A stretch of 64,000 nucleotides of DNA from an uncultured Actinomyces sp. (GCA_938028585.1 CALIZH010000382.1:19221-83220); one strand, 5' to 3'; shown: positions 17,994-29,300, numbered from the stretch's first letter. Numbers and translations are program-made. Notes: a model not told the origin generated them from the letters alone.

Positions 17994-19889
17994 ATGATGA
18001 CAGTGAGTAAAGGCGCAGCTGGTGGGTTAGACCCATTGAAGGGCGACACTTCTACCCCTGAGACGATTGATAAGCCTGATCGTTCTTCATCTCAAAGTGA
18101 TGCGCCTGAAAAGGTTGATACAGGCGCTAATGGTACCGACGTGATGGGATCGGGTGGGGCAGCTCCTGGTGGAGCGCCCTCTGGTATTGGTGGTGCCCAT
18201 GGCGTGGGTAAGGGTGGTAAAGTAGCGACAGGCGCTGCTGCCTCCGCTGCTGCCCCCGTTGCTGCCCAAGCTGCTGCTCTGGCGACGTTCCTCAACTGGC
18301 TGAAAACCGTGATGATGACAGCCGTTGCTGCTGCTCAGTCACTGTGGTCTATGGCAGCAGGCGCTCTCGTTGCTGCTGGTAAGTCGGTTGTCGGGTTCTT
18401 TGCGGGTCTTGGTACGTCGATTTCAAGTGCGATGGGTGGTATGGTCTCGGCGGCAACAGCGGGTGTTGCCTCATTTGTCGCTTTAGCGGTTGGAGCTGTC
18501 GGCGTGGTTGGTGGTGCTCTTGCGATGCGCGATGGAGACACCGCCTCTCGCGATGGATTGCTCCCCTCATGCACTGTTGAAGTGAACAACGCTGTGAAAG
18601 CATCTGAGGGCGCTCAAGGCGATTTCTCGGCTCAAACAGAAGAAAACGCCAAGACGATCTACTCCGTGCTCTCGGCATGGGGAATGTCGAATGAGAATAT
18701 CGCTGGCATCCTTGGCAACTGGTCGCATGAGTCAGGTATTGATCCGACGAGTGTTGAGACGATCTTTGACGAGAAGTTCACGATCGGGCCGCGCAAAACC
18801 GATGCTCAGCTCAAGAACTTTAAGATGGCTCAGGTTGATCCGGCTTACGCTGCTCGTTTCCCTGCCATTGACCTCATGGGTATTGGCCTTGGGCAGTGGA
18901 CGAATGGCCGTAACACGCTGCTCACCGAGTATGCAAAGTCGATCAACAAGCCGTGGTACACGCTGGAAACTCAGCTTGGTTTCATGGTCTCCAAGGATGA
19001 TCCAACCCGCGTGGGTCAGGTGAAGGCTCTCATCAATAACTCTGAGGGTGGCAGCGTGTCTGCTGCAACATCGTACTTCCTCACGAAGTGGGAAGGCATC
19101 AACGATGGAACGCTGGGAACCCGTGAAGCTGCTGCTGGAACGTGGTTTGCCAAGATGGGCGGCTGGTCAAAGAATCAGTCACTCGCTGACTCGATTCTTG
19201 CTCAGTCGGGTAGTGCGGTGACAGGAGCGAACAATACTTCTGTTGCTCAGGCGGCAAGTCAGTGTAAGTCTTTTGCTGGACACGTTGATAACTCGTCTTT
19301 GGTCAAGGCTGCGCTGTCCTACGCATGGCCGTACAACGACGAGGGTAAGGGCAACGACGGCACCGATCTGTATAAGTACCTCCATAAGGAAGTGCTTGGT
19401 GAGTCGGATCATTTCTTTGCCTCGTGTGACCGCACTGTGGCAACAGCCGTGCGCTGGTCTGGAACGGATGATAGCTACCCTGCTGGTGGCGTGTCGAACC
19501 AGCTTGCCTATCTCCAAGGTGAAGGCTCCTCGAAGTGGAAGCCGGTTGATTACAACGGTGATAAGTCCAAGCTCCAGCCTGGGGATATTCTTTTGCGCAC
19601 CACCGGGGGCGTGTCGCACACGGTCATGTACGTGGGTGAAGACTCTGTGAAGGAAGTTTGGGGTGAAGGAAACTACGAGGCTCATGGCGAGATCGTTTCC
19701 GGTTCGCTCAACGACCGTTCGCCAACAGTTGGTCAGTTCTACACTGGTTCAACTGGTCTCGATACGGATTACTTGGCGTTCCGTAACGTGACGAAGGAGC
19801 AGTCCTCGAAGTTCACGTCCGTCACGGTGCCCTCTTCTATGCAGAAGGGGCAGGGGGATAAGGGTACGCGCCTGACCCCTGGACCGTGA
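17994..19889 (+). CDS. Conjugative peptidoglycan hydrolase: phage-tail-type lysozyme plus CHAP/NlpC-like amidase (VirB1 analogue)
   Basis: IAGILGNWSHESGIDP and GIGLGQWT..R (lysozyme); SCDRTVATAV, LQPGDIL and SHTVMYVG (Cys/His amidase). Confidence 0.85.
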   Translation: MMTVSKGAAGGLDPLKGDTSTPETIDKPDRSSSQSDAPEKVDTGANGTDVMGSGGAAPGGAPSGIGGAHGVGKGGKVATGAAASAAAPVAAQAAALATFLNWLKTVMMTAVAAAQSLWSMAAGALVAAGKSVVGFFAGLGTSISSAMGGMVSAATAGVASFVALAVGAVGVVGGALAMRDGDTASRDGLLPSCTVEVNNAVKASEGAQGDFSAQTEENAKTIYSVLSAWGMSNENIAGILGNWSHESGIDPTSVETIFDEKFTIGPRKTDAQLKNFKMAQVDPAYAARFPAIDLMGIGLGQWTNGRNTLLTEYAKSINKPWYTLETQLGFMVSKDDPTRVGQVKALINNSEGGSVSAATSYFLTKWEGINDGTLGTREAAAGTWFAKMGGWSKNQSLADSILAQSGSAVTGANNTSVAQAASQCKSFAGHVDNSSLVKAALSYAWPYNDEGKGNDGTDLYKYLHKEVLGESDHFFASCDRTVATAVRWSGTDDSYPAGGVSNQLAYLQGEGSSKWKPVDYNGDKSKLQPGDILLRTTGGVSHTVMYVGEDSVKEVWGEGNYEAHGEIVSGSLNDRSPTVGQFYTGSTGLDTDYLAFRNVTKEQSSKFTSVTVPSSMQKGQGDKGTRLTPGP

Positions 19890-19912
19890 GTTGCCCACAT
19901 TGATTGATCACA

Positions 19913-19949
19913 GGCCCCGTGCTAGATATTGCATCTAGTGCGGGGTTTT
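19913..19949 (+). terminator. Rho-independent terminator
   Basis: GCCCCGTGCTAGAT/ATCTAGTGCGGGGT stem with G-U pairs, followed by TTT. Confidence 0.65.
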
Positions 19950-19980
19950 GTGCTAGAATGGTTGTATTGATACACGAGTG
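19948..19980 (+). promoter_or_regulatory. Extended -10 promoter plus conserved downstream motif
   Basis: TTGTGCTAGAATG is identical at 26282-26294; TGATACACGAGTG is identical at 30216-30228. Confidence 0.6.
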
Positions 19981-20011
19981 AAATCGCATCAAACGAAAGG
20001 AAGTGATAGCC

Positions 20012-20779
20012 GTGTCGAAACTTGATGACTTGATCGAATGGTCGCGCACCCCGACTGAAAAGCCGAAGCGCACAACCCGCATCGACGTTGCCGAAGAATG
20101 GGAGCGTCGTCGCGCTGAAAAGAAGCAGGGTTCCGGTGAGAACACTCGCTCTCGCGTTGGCCTCAAGGTGGGTGCAAGTATGGGTCTTGCAGCTCTTGGT
20201 ATCGGTATTGCCGTGTTTGGGATGCAGGCGAAGCCTGTGGACCGCACGGCTGAGATTAACGATTTGAATGCTCAGATCTCTAGCGCACAGCACACTGAGC
20301 AGGCTGTTCCCGACGCAAACGTGGCGAAGAAGGCCGTGAGCGCTTTGCAGGAAAAGAGCCAGAAGGTTGCCGATCTCCAAAACGAGTACAGGGGTTGGCA
20401 ACCGAGCACTGCTGCTGCACAGGCACAGCAGGATGCACAAAAGTCCAAGGCACTGTACGAGGCGTTGGCTCAGTTGGTTCCGAGCAAGGCTGCTGGCAGG
20501 TGGTTCTCGCCTTTGGTTAAGGACGGGTCTGGCGGGGCAAATCCGATGCCCGCCGATCAGTACAAGTGGGAATCGGTTGTCACCTACGATGTGACAGACA
20601 CGTCCGCTCTACCAATCGCATGGCTGTGCAAGGGGAGCGACGGAACGTTGCTCGCATGGACGACAGCCACGTATGATGCTGGGTCTGGAACGTTCTCCAA
20701 GCTGCATACTGGCGTCACCAGCGCTGGAGCACGCTTGCTCATTAGTGATGACACGGCACACGCGAACGGAGTTGGTTGA
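20012..20779 (+). CDS. Bitopic membrane protein with coiled coil (tra cluster)
   Basis: One TM helix; GAAAGGA RBS; GTG start (20003 is an alternative). Confidence 0.7.
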   Translation: MSKLDDLIEWSRTPTEKPKRTTRIDVAEEWERRRAEKKQGSGENTRSRVGLKVGASMGLAALGIGIAVFGMQAKPVDRTAEINDLNAQISSAQHTEQAVPDANVAKKAVSALQEKSQKVADLQNEYRGWQPSTAAAQAQQDAQKSKALYEALAQLVPSKAAGRWFSPLVKDGSGGANPMPADQYKWESVVTYDVTDTSALPIAWLCKGSDGTLLAWTTATYDAGSGTFSKLHTGVTSAGARLLISDDTAHANGVG

Positions 20780-20780
20780 G

Positions 20781-21446
20781 ATGACACAAGAGAATAAACC
20801 TTCATGGGTTGTACGTTTTGGCGCACTGATCGCAGGCGGTGCGATTCTGTGCGGTGGTATCGGTGTTGCAGCTGTTCACGGAAACACTGTGAGCGCCGAG
20901 AACGCACGCACGGAAGCCTATGTCCAGCAGTTGCGTTCTCAGCTTGGCTCGACTCAAGCCTCCACCACTACCGCGCAAGAGAATGTCTCGACTGAGACCA
21001 CTGGTATGTCTCCCGCTCGTAAGGCCAAGGATGACGAGACTGTTGAAGCCATCATGAAGCAGGCGCTCACGTGGTCAAGCGGGCAGCAGTACATTGATGC
21101 ACGAAAGGCGCTCATCGACCGTTGGCACTTGGACGAGAACTCTCAGTTCCTCAAGGTGTTTATGCCCGGTGAAGATGCAGGCGCGTGGCGCACAGACTCG
21201 TCTGGAAAGACGTACTTTGCCTATGAAGGCGCAAACTCGACTCTCGATTCGTTCACGAGCGCTGTAACGAACATTAACGGCACGAAGTACTCCTACTTTG
21301 CTGTCGTTGGTATCAAGACGCGAAGCGTTGACGGTAAGGCGACCAGCACCTCGTACTCTACGATGAGCTACACCGTGGATAGCGATGGAAACGTCACTGA
21401 TCTCATTGGTTGGGCCGGTTCTCCTGGTCACGATCGCACGTACTAA
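20781..21446 (+). CDS. Bitopic membrane protein, VirB8/TcpC-like candidate
   Basis: N-terminal TM, coiled coil and beta-rich C-terminal domain; ATG 1 nt after the upstream stop. Confidence 0.5.
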   Translation: MTQENKPSWVVRFGALIAGGAILCGGIGVAAVHGNTVSAENARTEAYVQQLRSQLGSTQASTTTAQENVSTETTGMSPARKAKDDETVEAIMKQALTWSSGQQYIDARKALIDRWHLDENSQFLKVFMPGEDAGAWRTDSSGKTYFAYEGANSTLDSFTSAVTNINGTKYSYFAVVGIKTRSVDGKATSTSYSTMSYTVDSDGNVTDLIGWAGSPGHDRTY

Positions 21447-21497
21447 GCATGTGCAGTCCCACTCGTCCCATTTTTATTTTTCGAAAGGATATTTTTC

Positions 21498-21983
21498 ATG
21501 AATCTGTTTTCTCTGGCTAAGACGTCCCGCACTCCCATAACTGACGATGAAAAGGGGGCGATCAAGCGAAGCGCCCGTATGGGCCTCTACGTTGTTGCTC
21601 GCGTCATCGGCTTTGTTGTATGGCTGTTTATCAGCCTGTGGATCACGATGTGGGGAGCACTGAAAGTTGTTCCAAATATGGGATCGTTGATCCAAGATGC
21701 ACTGGGCGTGACGAGCGCAAACGCGCACAATAGCGAATCGTTCATCACGTACTGGGTTGCTCCGATGCTGCTCACAACTCTGGTGATCTCCGCTGGTGTG
21801 ATCGCGCTGTGCACATGGATGTGGCGCGTCATGAACCGAGGTTTTGACTCGATGAGACTATGGGTTGATCGCGTGGGTGTTGCTGCTGACGGTGAAGTAA
21901 CTCCGTCACTGGGCCGTGCCAAGAAGGTTGATTCCCTTGACGAAGACGAGCCAAAGAAAAAGAAGAAGTCGCGTCGGCGCTAA
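21498..21983 (+). CDS. Two-TM membrane protein with basic C-terminus
   Basis: Two hydrophobic segments; KKKKKSRRR tail; GAAAGGA RBS. Confidence 0.7.
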   Translation: MNLFSLAKTSRTPITDDEKGAIKRSARMGLYVVARVIGFVVWLFISLWITMWGALKVVPNMGSLIQDALGVTSANAHNSESFITYWVAPMLLTTLVISAGVIALCTWMWRVMNRGFDSMRLWVDRVGVAADGEVTPSLGRAKKVDSLDEDEPKKKKKSRRR

Positions 21984-22022
21984 GAGCCGATCGTTCTATC
22001 CCTACTCAAGAAAGAGAGAATT

Positions 22023-23123
22023 ATGAGTACCGTTACCGGAATGCGTCGCTCGAATCGCTGGGTACAACGTGCCCTGTCGATGCGAGACGTTGAAACCCGT
22101 GAGGTTGAAGGCGAAGCCGACATCAAGGTTCTTGTGGACACCTTGTATTTCACCAACCATGGACCAGCCTCTAACTACCGACCCGTTCTCCATGTTCGTG
22201 GTCGTCTTGTTGGATTGGTTCCCTATGACTCACCCGAGATCGCCTACGGCGTGACCGAGGTGACTTTTGATCGGAACATGGATGGCGGTGACTCAACTGT
22301 CGATGCATTCTATGAATTCTCCGATGAGCAACTGGTCGCCCTTGTTCAGAAGGGTTTCTTCAACGAAGGTTTCGAACCCCCTGCCGATCTGCTCAACCAA
22401 GTGTGGCAGCTCCCGGCTCACTACAAGGGCATCGCAATTGCACCCCGAAACGAAACGGAAGCACCACTGGTGTTCCTTGACGTTGTGGACCGAGACGGAC
22501 TTGTCATTGACTCCGAGAACTCCGGTCTTGACCTTTCCGACTACTTCCCGGACTACCTCAGTGAGATTCGCTCTCGTGAGAGTGAAAACAGCCTGTCTGC
22601 GGATCGGAGCCTGGAACGTACTTCTGTCGTCAACGACATGTTCGCCGGTATGGATCTGTCTGAGTATGACGAGGACGGCTCAGAGGGTCGCACCAACGAG
22701 GCGGAAGGTGCGTCGATTTCTCAGGCTCTCAGCGGTGCATCTGTCACTACCTTGCCTGTCATGGAATCGCCTCTGTTCGATGCGCTCATGCGCAACGCTC
22801 AAAACAAGGCAGCCGCCCAGGATGAGGCCGAGGTTGAAGCGGAAGAGACGCGCGAGGAAGAACCGAGCGCACAGAGCACCGAGAGCACACTGGACTCGAC
22901 GTTCAAGTCTGTGCTCGGTGACTTTGTGGCCTCTCAGATTGCTGAGAACAGCCCTGTTGTCACCGAGGCTCTCAGCGATGACTCGATCCGTGAAGACATC
23001 GAAGCGCGTCTTCGTGAGAAGATGCCTGTCGCGGATGAGAGCGACGAGAAGGATAAGGGCGCGGGAGACAAGACGATTGACGCTCTTGACCTTGACATTG
23101 AAGACGAGGAACCCGAGTTCTAA
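22023..23123 (+). CDS. Acidic hypothetical protein ending in DEEPEF, upstream of the relaxase
   Basis: 366 aa ORF with GAAAGAGAG RBS; acidic low-complexity C-terminal half. Confidence 0.8.
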   Translation: MSTVTGMRRSNRWVQRALSMRDVETREVEGEADIKVLVDTLYFTNHGPASNYRPVLHVRGRLVGLVPYDSPEIAYGVTEVTFDRNMDGGDSTVDAFYEFSDEQLVALVQKGFFNEGFEPPADLLNQVWQLPAHYKGIAIAPRNETEAPLVFLDVVDRDGLVIDSENSGLDLSDYFPDYLSEIRSRESENSLSADRSLERTSVVNDMFAGMDLSEYDEDGSEGRTNEAEGASISQALSGASVTTLPVMESPLFDALMRNAQNKAAAQDEAEVEAEETREEEPSAQSTESTLDSTFKSVLGDFVASQIAENSPVVTEALSDDSIREDIEARLREKMPVADESDEKDKGAGDKTIDALDLDIEDEEPEF

Positions 23124-23197
23124 GATGTCATCATGCGGCAGGGGCGGTGGGATTGCGCCGCCCCTGTCCTTATATTCAGACGTTACAGAAAGGTTGA

Positions 23198-25522
23198 ATG
23201 GTGAGCCTTAAGAGCAGCATCGTTGTCGTCAACGAGTTCAGCGTGCCCACCCCAGGGTATGGTAAAGGCGGATCACGTGGTGGCACCCCCGGTACCTACG
23301 TCATGCGCTATATGGCTCGCAAAGGTGCAACCGAACCTGTGACGCCGATCCGCAAGCGCGATACAGAAGACTTTATCCTTCGTTACATGGCCCGTGAGAG
23401 TGCAACGGAGAAGGCTCATTCGCGTTATGAGGTTAAAGAGAGCGTGCTCCATGTCTCTGGGTTGGGCGGCGTCGCCTTTGGCTACGGCCAGCCCTCGCTC
23501 TCCGATGATGGTGTGAGACGAGCAAGCGCTGATATTCAACGTCTGTTCGACGAGGGGCACACGGTCATGAAAACCGTGTTGTCTTTTAGCCCCGAGTATC
23601 TGCAAGAAATGGGCGTGGTTCCCAAGGGTTTCTTGGTGAAGAATAAGGGTGATTACCGGGGCCATATCGACCAGATGCGCCTTCGCATGGCGATTATGCA
23701 TGGACTGGAGCGTATGGGGCATCGTTTCGATGACCTGCGCTATGTGGGCGTGATCCAGGTGGACACCCTACATGTTCACTGCCACCTCGCAATGGTTGAT
23801 GCCGGGCGCGGTCGGAGAGTGCGCACGGGTAAAGGCGTTCAGCAAAAAGGCAAGCTCACGAGCACTGATATCTCTGTTCTACGCCGAGGCGTGGACTCGT
23901 GGTTAGACGAGAACCAGCACGTGGCTCATATGTCAAGTGCCGTGGGGTATGAACGACTCAATGTTGCAGCGTTTGTCAAGCGATGGGCGCACAAAAAGGT
24001 GCTCGAAGAGTCGCTCCCACAACTGCTGCTCGCGTGCTTGCCTGCCGATAAGACTCTGTGGCGTTACGGATCAAACCGAAGCGAGATGCGACGTGCCAAT
24101 AGCGTTGCCACAGAGCTGGTGAGTGAGCTGCTCGAACAAGAAGGCTCACCGATGGCTTCTGCCATGCTCACTGTCGAGACTTACGCTGGTCGCCGAGCAC
24201 AGCGAGAGGGTCTCAGCGATGCAGCGCGCAAAGCGCTTGTGCAGCGTGGGTATCAGACCATTATGGAGCGAGGTGTCAACGGTTTGTATCAAGTCCTTGC
24301 CTCGTTGCCACCAGAGATGACACACGTGCGCACGCCAACTTTGGACGCGATGAGCCAAGACGTGGAGACCCTGATGGCTGTTCATGCTCAGCAGATCAAG
24401 ACGCGAGCTGGGGGCGTGAGCGCCGAGGACGATCTTGTGGGATTCTCATTGCGACTGCGCTCGTATGGAACGAGGCTGAGGGAGCATAACGCTCAGCGTG
24501 AGATGTGGCGTCAGCGTGCCTCAGAATGGGAGTCCGGCTTCCAAGCAGGAATCGTCTCGTCAACCTCTGAGCCTATGCACAGGCTCTATCTCGAAGAGGA
24601 AGAGTACCACGCCCGATGCGTCGTCAAGTACCGCTCGCTGCTGGGGCCGCTTGCCACGGGAGTTGATGGTGAGAGCAGCGATGAGGCGTGGAAAGAGGCG
24701 TTGTCTGCTGTCGATCAGGCACGCACGGGTGTTTTTGGTCTAGAGGGGCTGCTGGGGGATCGTTCCATCCCGAAGATGAAAGATGCGAATGAAGCTGAGC
24801 GCTTAGGGGTGGTCTCTCACGGCGTGAGCGGTGGACGTTTGCTGGTGGCCGGTGGCTCAGCAGGTCGTCAGACTTTGCGCCGTCGCCTAGAGAAGGCGCG
24901 TGAGACGCTCAAAACCCGTATGAACGATCTTGTGTCCACCCTGTCGGGTCAAGGTCTTGTCATCAAGGCTGTGGGCGATGAGGACTCGGATCAAAAGGAT
25001 CAGACAGCAGGTGGCGAGAACACCCTCACTGTGGTGCAAGGGGAGCGCTGGACATTGTCTGAAACCAAGGGTATGGATCTTCACGACGTCAGATCGGACA
25101 CGGTGGTGGATATGGCCCTGGGACGCCACACGGCTCAGGGCTTTGTTCAGTGGGCGCGCAGAAGGCAGCGTCTGGTTGATGAGGCTCGAACCTACCTGGA
25201 GCAATCAGGACAGAGCACCATCGTTGATGCTGTGTTGCCCCTGGGTGACGTGCGCCGGATGAACAAGGTGGCTGATGATCTGGAGAAGCAGATGAGCGCT
25301 AAGAGCGGCGACCTGGTTCTCACGAGCGCGCTCAGCGATGTTGTTCCGATGAAGAAGAGGGTGCGTCGGAGTGCAACGGTCAGCTTTGACGAGGGTTTGG
25401 CTGGCATCGTTCGTGACAGTACATGGCGCGAGACAGCAGACTTGGTTCCTCAGATTGAGGCTGTTTTGGACACGCCTGAGAGTGACACCATGGATGCATC
25501 CGACGATATTGAACTCGGTTGA
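23198..25522 (+). CDS. Relaxase, MobL-like
   Basis: VVNEF..YVMRYMARKGA (catalytic Tyr region), KTVLSFSPEYL..G, and GVIQVDTLHVHCHLAMVD (HUH metal motif). Confidence 0.85.
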   Translation: MVSLKSSIVVVNEFSVPTPGYGKGGSRGGTPGTYVMRYMARKGATEPVTPIRKRDTEDFILRYMARESATEKAHSRYEVKESVLHVSGLGGVAFGYGQPSLSDDGVRRASADIQRLFDEGHTVMKTVLSFSPEYLQEMGVVPKGFLVKNKGDYRGHIDQMRLRMAIMHGLERMGHRFDDLRYVGVIQVDTLHVHCHLAMVDAGRGRRVRTGKGVQQKGKLTSTDISVLRRGVDSWLDENQHVAHMSSAVGYERLNVAAFVKRWAHKKVLEESLPQLLLACLPADKTLWRYGSNRSEMRRANSVATELVSELLEQEGSPMASAMLTVETYAGRRAQREGLSDAARKALVQRGYQTIMERGVNGLYQVLASLPPEMTHVRTPTLDAMSQDVETLMAVHAQQIKTRAGGVSAEDDLVGFSLRLRSYGTRLREHNAQREMWRQRASEWESGFQAGIVSSTSEPMHRLYLEEEEYHARCVVKYRSLLGPLATGVDGESSDEAWKEALSAVDQARTGVFGLEGLLGDRSIPKMKDANEAERLGVVSHGVSGGRLLVAGGSAGRQTLRRRLEKARETLKTRMNDLVSTLSGQGLVIKAVGDEDSDQKDQTAGGENTLTVVQGERWTLSETKGMDLHDVRSDTVVDMALGRHTAQGFVQWARRRQRLVDEARTYLEQSGQSTIVDAVLPLGDVRRMNKVADDLEKQMSAKSGDLVLTSALSDVVPMKKRVRRSATVSFDEGLAGIVRDSTWRETADLVPQIEAVLDTPESDTMDASDDIELG

Positions 25523-25530
25523 CGTTCTAC

Positions 25531-25560
25531 TTGACACTCAGTGTTTTCTCGTATTATGAT
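25531..25560 (+). promoter_or_regulatory. sigma70/sigA-type promoter for ORF 25658
   Basis: TTGACA-18 nt-TATGAT. Confidence 0.6.
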
Positions 25561-25657
25561 GAAAGAGCGTTGCACGGGAGGGACCCGTGTATATGAGAGG
25601 GCTGATTAACCCTCGACTGACGCTCTGCGGAGCGGGATTAGGAAGGAGAGTGGCGCA

Positions 25658-26206
25658 ATGGCTATTCTACGTGGTAAGGGTTCGATGAGTGGTGTCGAGC
25701 TGGTGGTTGTCGAATACCCCAACGCACACTCAAAGGCTGGCGATCGTTTCTTCCTGGATGCACAGGTGCGTCCTGTTGAGGGTGTTGCACCCCAGCAAGT
25801 TCCTCACCTGGTGTCGAAGAAGCGTGAATTGGATGGTCGAACGGTGTATGATCACCAGGCCGGTTACAGTGTGTCTCAGCGAGATGCTATTGTTGCTGCG
25901 GCTGGCGATAACTTCGTTCAGATGCCTGAGCGTGACGGTCATCCGGGACCTCGCGTTTACGCGGTGAAGGCAGACGTGATGCCTGCATCCGGTAAGCAGA
26001 CTGGTCTTGTTATCAACACGAAGACTCTTGAGCCTTCGGAGTTGGCGATCGACGATAAGATCTTCGATGAGCTGCGTGCAGCTTCGAAGGCAGCTAAGGA
26101 AGCTAATGAAGCTCGCAAGGCTGCTCAGAAGGATGCCGAAGCCGAGGTTAGCGCCGAGGCACAGGTCGAAGAGGTCGAGATCGAGAACGACGAACCGGAG
26201 TTCTGA
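25658..26206 (+). CDS. Hypothetical beta-rich protein ending in NDEPEF (SSB-like architecture possible)
   Basis: 182 aa; strong RBS, own promoter and terminator; acidic tail ending in Phe. Confidence 0.75.
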   Translation: MAILRGKGSMSGVELVVVEYPNAHSKAGDRFFLDAQVRPVEGVAPQQVPHLVSKKRELDGRTVYDHQAGYSVSQRDAIVAAAGDNFVQMPERDGHPGPRVYAVKADVMPASGKQTGLVINTKTLEPSELAIDDKIFDELRAASKAAKEANEARKAAQKDAEAEVSAEAQVEEVEIENDEPEF

Positions 26207-26231
26207 TCGTTTGGTAGGTTTACACCTCCCT

Positions 26232-26268
26232 TTACCCCTGCTGGAGAAATCTGGCAGGGGTAATTTTT
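26232..26268 (+). terminator. Rho-independent terminator
   Basis: TTACCCCTGC/GCAGGGGTAA followed by TTTTT. Confidence 0.75.
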
Positions 26269-26333
26269 ATTAGCAGCCAGATTGTGCTAGAATGTTGGTA
26301 TACCAAGTTAATCGATTGGAACGGAGAGTTAAT

Positions 26334-29300
26334 GTGTTCGACAATGATCGTCTGAATGAGGCTTATCCCATGCTGCGAGATTTTGCGTCTCGTCTGGGCA
26401 AACCCGCGCGTGAAGTTGTGGGCCGTGAAAAGGAGAAGGTCTCATTGATGAGTGCTCTGGCTCGCCCCGAGATGTGTAACGCGATTCTGCTTGCCCCGCC
26501 AGGCACCGGCAAGGCTCATCCAAACGATGAGCTGATTCCGGTTGCAGATGAGCGTGGCTATGTTCGCATCGGGATGCTTAAGGTGGGGGATCGTGTCTTT
26601 GACGAACACGGAGATCCTGTCACTGTCACAGGCGTGTTCCCACAGGGGATGTTGCGCGAGTATGTCGTTGTGGTCAGTGAGGTCAATGATGGCTGGGCTG
26701 TGCATTGTAACGATGAGCACCTGTGGACGGTGCGCCGCGATGGTGGTCAGTGGCAAACATTAACGTTGCGCGAGATCATGGACCAAGGTCTCTATGATGC
26801 TCGTGGGGGTCTTGTGTGGGAGCTGCCTGCGTCTGGAGCACTGGTGCGACAAAGCCGTCTGCTCCCGGTTGATCCGTACGTGTGCGGAGCGTTCCTCGGC
26901 TGGGGCGTGCGCATCGACGAGCGCGGGTACGTCAGTATGCCGAACGAGGCCCCTGATGAGGTGTTTGCTGCGATTGAAGAACGCATGGGATGGACACGTC
27001 AGAAGGAGACGTCTCGGTCGATCTTTATCCACGAGGGAACGGGTAAGCGCGTCGAAGGTTCACAGGTGATGACGCATCCGGCATTCACGAGCTTGATCGT
27101 TAAAGGTGAGAAGGAGCGTCGCATTCCTCGTCCGTACATGACGGGTAGCATTCACGATCGACAAGAGATGGCCCGTGCGTTGCGTGAGAGTGTGTCGTAT
27201 CGAGTGACTCATACGTCTAAGGGATCAGCTCTGAGTGCATTAGAAGCCTTGGTATCTGACCCGTGGGCTGTCGATCATGACCTAGCAGAGCTGGAGCGAT
27301 CCTTTGAGACAAGCGGAGAAATGATCTCGTTCGCGTCCGACATTGGTCGCGATGTCGAGATGACGTGCATCATGGTGGACTCGGATACCCACTTGTACCA
27401 GGTGGGCCGGGGTCACGTGGTTACGCACAACACTGTGCTCGTGCAGTCGTGTATGGAAGATGATCCGGCTCGTATTTACCTTGAAGTCGATATGGCGAAG
27501 ATGATCTCTGACCTGTCGAACCCAGAGGAAATGGCAGCACGTCTCAAGGCATTGTTCGATGAGGCAGAAGCGTTCTCTAAGGCCGAGGGTCGGGAAGTCG
27601 TGCTGTTTATCGATGAGTTCCACCAGGTGGTCCAGCTTTCCGCTGCCGCCGTGGAAGCACTCAAGCCTTTGCTCGCGGCTTCTGGATCGCGTGGGATCAA
27701 GGTTATTGCAGCAACGACCTATGACGAGTTCGATGCTCATATTGCCTCGAACCTGCCTCTGGTTGAACGCCTGGCGCGTATCAACATCCCTCAGACGAAT
27801 CGAAGGGTGACCATTGAGATTCTCAAGGCCATGGCACAAAAGTATGGCGTGGACCAGGGCATGATCAGTGAGTCGCTCTACGAGCAGATCTTTGACTACA
27901 CGAATCGCTACGTGCCTGCCTCCGTGCAGCCACGTAAGTCGATCCGTGTGCTCGATGCCATGGTGGGTCGCCACAGGTACCTGGGCGAGCCTATGGACAA
28001 GAAGCTGCTCGCAACAGTGTTGAAAGTCGAGTTCGGTGTCGAAGTTGAGATTAACGTCGATGCCACGGCCATTAAAGCCGAGCTGGACAAGCGCGTCTTT
28101 AGCCAAGACTTTGCCACGACGTCGATTGCACGGCGTTTGCAGCTGTGCGTGGCCGGGTTGAATGACCCGGATAAGCCCCAAGCATCGCTGTTGTTCACTG
28201 GGGCGACTGGTGTCGGGAAGCTGGTCACCGATTCGACTCGTGTACCGGTCTTTTCTGAGGACGGTTCTGTGGCGTGGAAACGTCACGGTGATTTAGTTCC
28301 TGGCGATCGCGTGTTTGCTCGCGATGGCTCACCGGAAGAGGTTATTGCTGTGTTCCCTCAAGGGAAGCAGGACATCTATCGTGTTCATACGTGGGATGGT
28401 CGTCACCTTGATGTTGGCGGACCTCATCTGTGGGGTGTGTATACGGCTAAGATGCGCTCGAATAAACACAAGGGTAAAGACGTTCAGCCCCGCGTTATGA
28501 CGACATTGGAAATGTTGGAAGCTGGTGTTGTGCGCACCTACTCTCATCAGAGTAAAACGATGGAGCACGTGAAGTTTTTTATTCCGATGAATGATGCCGT
28601 GCAGCGGCCTGAAGCTGTTTTGCCGGTAGACCCGTATGTGGTCGGAGTGTTCATCGGGAATGGGGGTTTGACTCAAAACCCGTTGACGCTATCCTCGGAT
28701 GATGCTGCTGTTGTACGTCGTGTTAGTGAGACTCTTGGCTATAAGTTTAAGAAAGCGAGTGCGCATAATTACAATTGGGTTTTCAAGACTGGCGAGAAGT
28801 TCGGTAAGAATGACAAGTTAGTCCAGACGGCAGATTTGTTCATAGAACTTCCTGAATTGGTAGGGGTGTACTCTGCGGAGCGTCGTATTCCGCGACAGTA
28901 TATGACGGCTTCTATCGAACAGCGTTGGGAGTTGGTACGCGGGCTTTTTGATACTGATGGGTCGATCACCAATTCTACTGATCGATACAATATTTCGTAT
29001 TCGACATTTTCTCAGGGTTTGGCTGAGGATGTGCGCGAGTTGTTGTTCTCGCTTGGTGTATCCAACACCGTAAAGGTATTTACTCGAACCAGAGACGATG
29101 GTCGTGTGTTAGTGGAATATACGGTTCGCGTTAAATCAGGAAATGATGACAAGGCTCGATTCTTCTGGTTGGAACGCAAGCGTGCCATCGCTGAGGAAGC
29201 AAAGGTCGCAACCAAGGGTCGTCAGCGTGTGAAGAAGTTCGATATGATCGGTATTACCAAGATTGAGAAACTCCCGTACCAAGAGTCTGCTTCATGTATC

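Noticed and set aside
22267..23211. 314-aa alternative-frame ORF overlapping 22023..23123
   Set aside because: Arg/Ser-rich composition typical of an off-frame reading; no RBS
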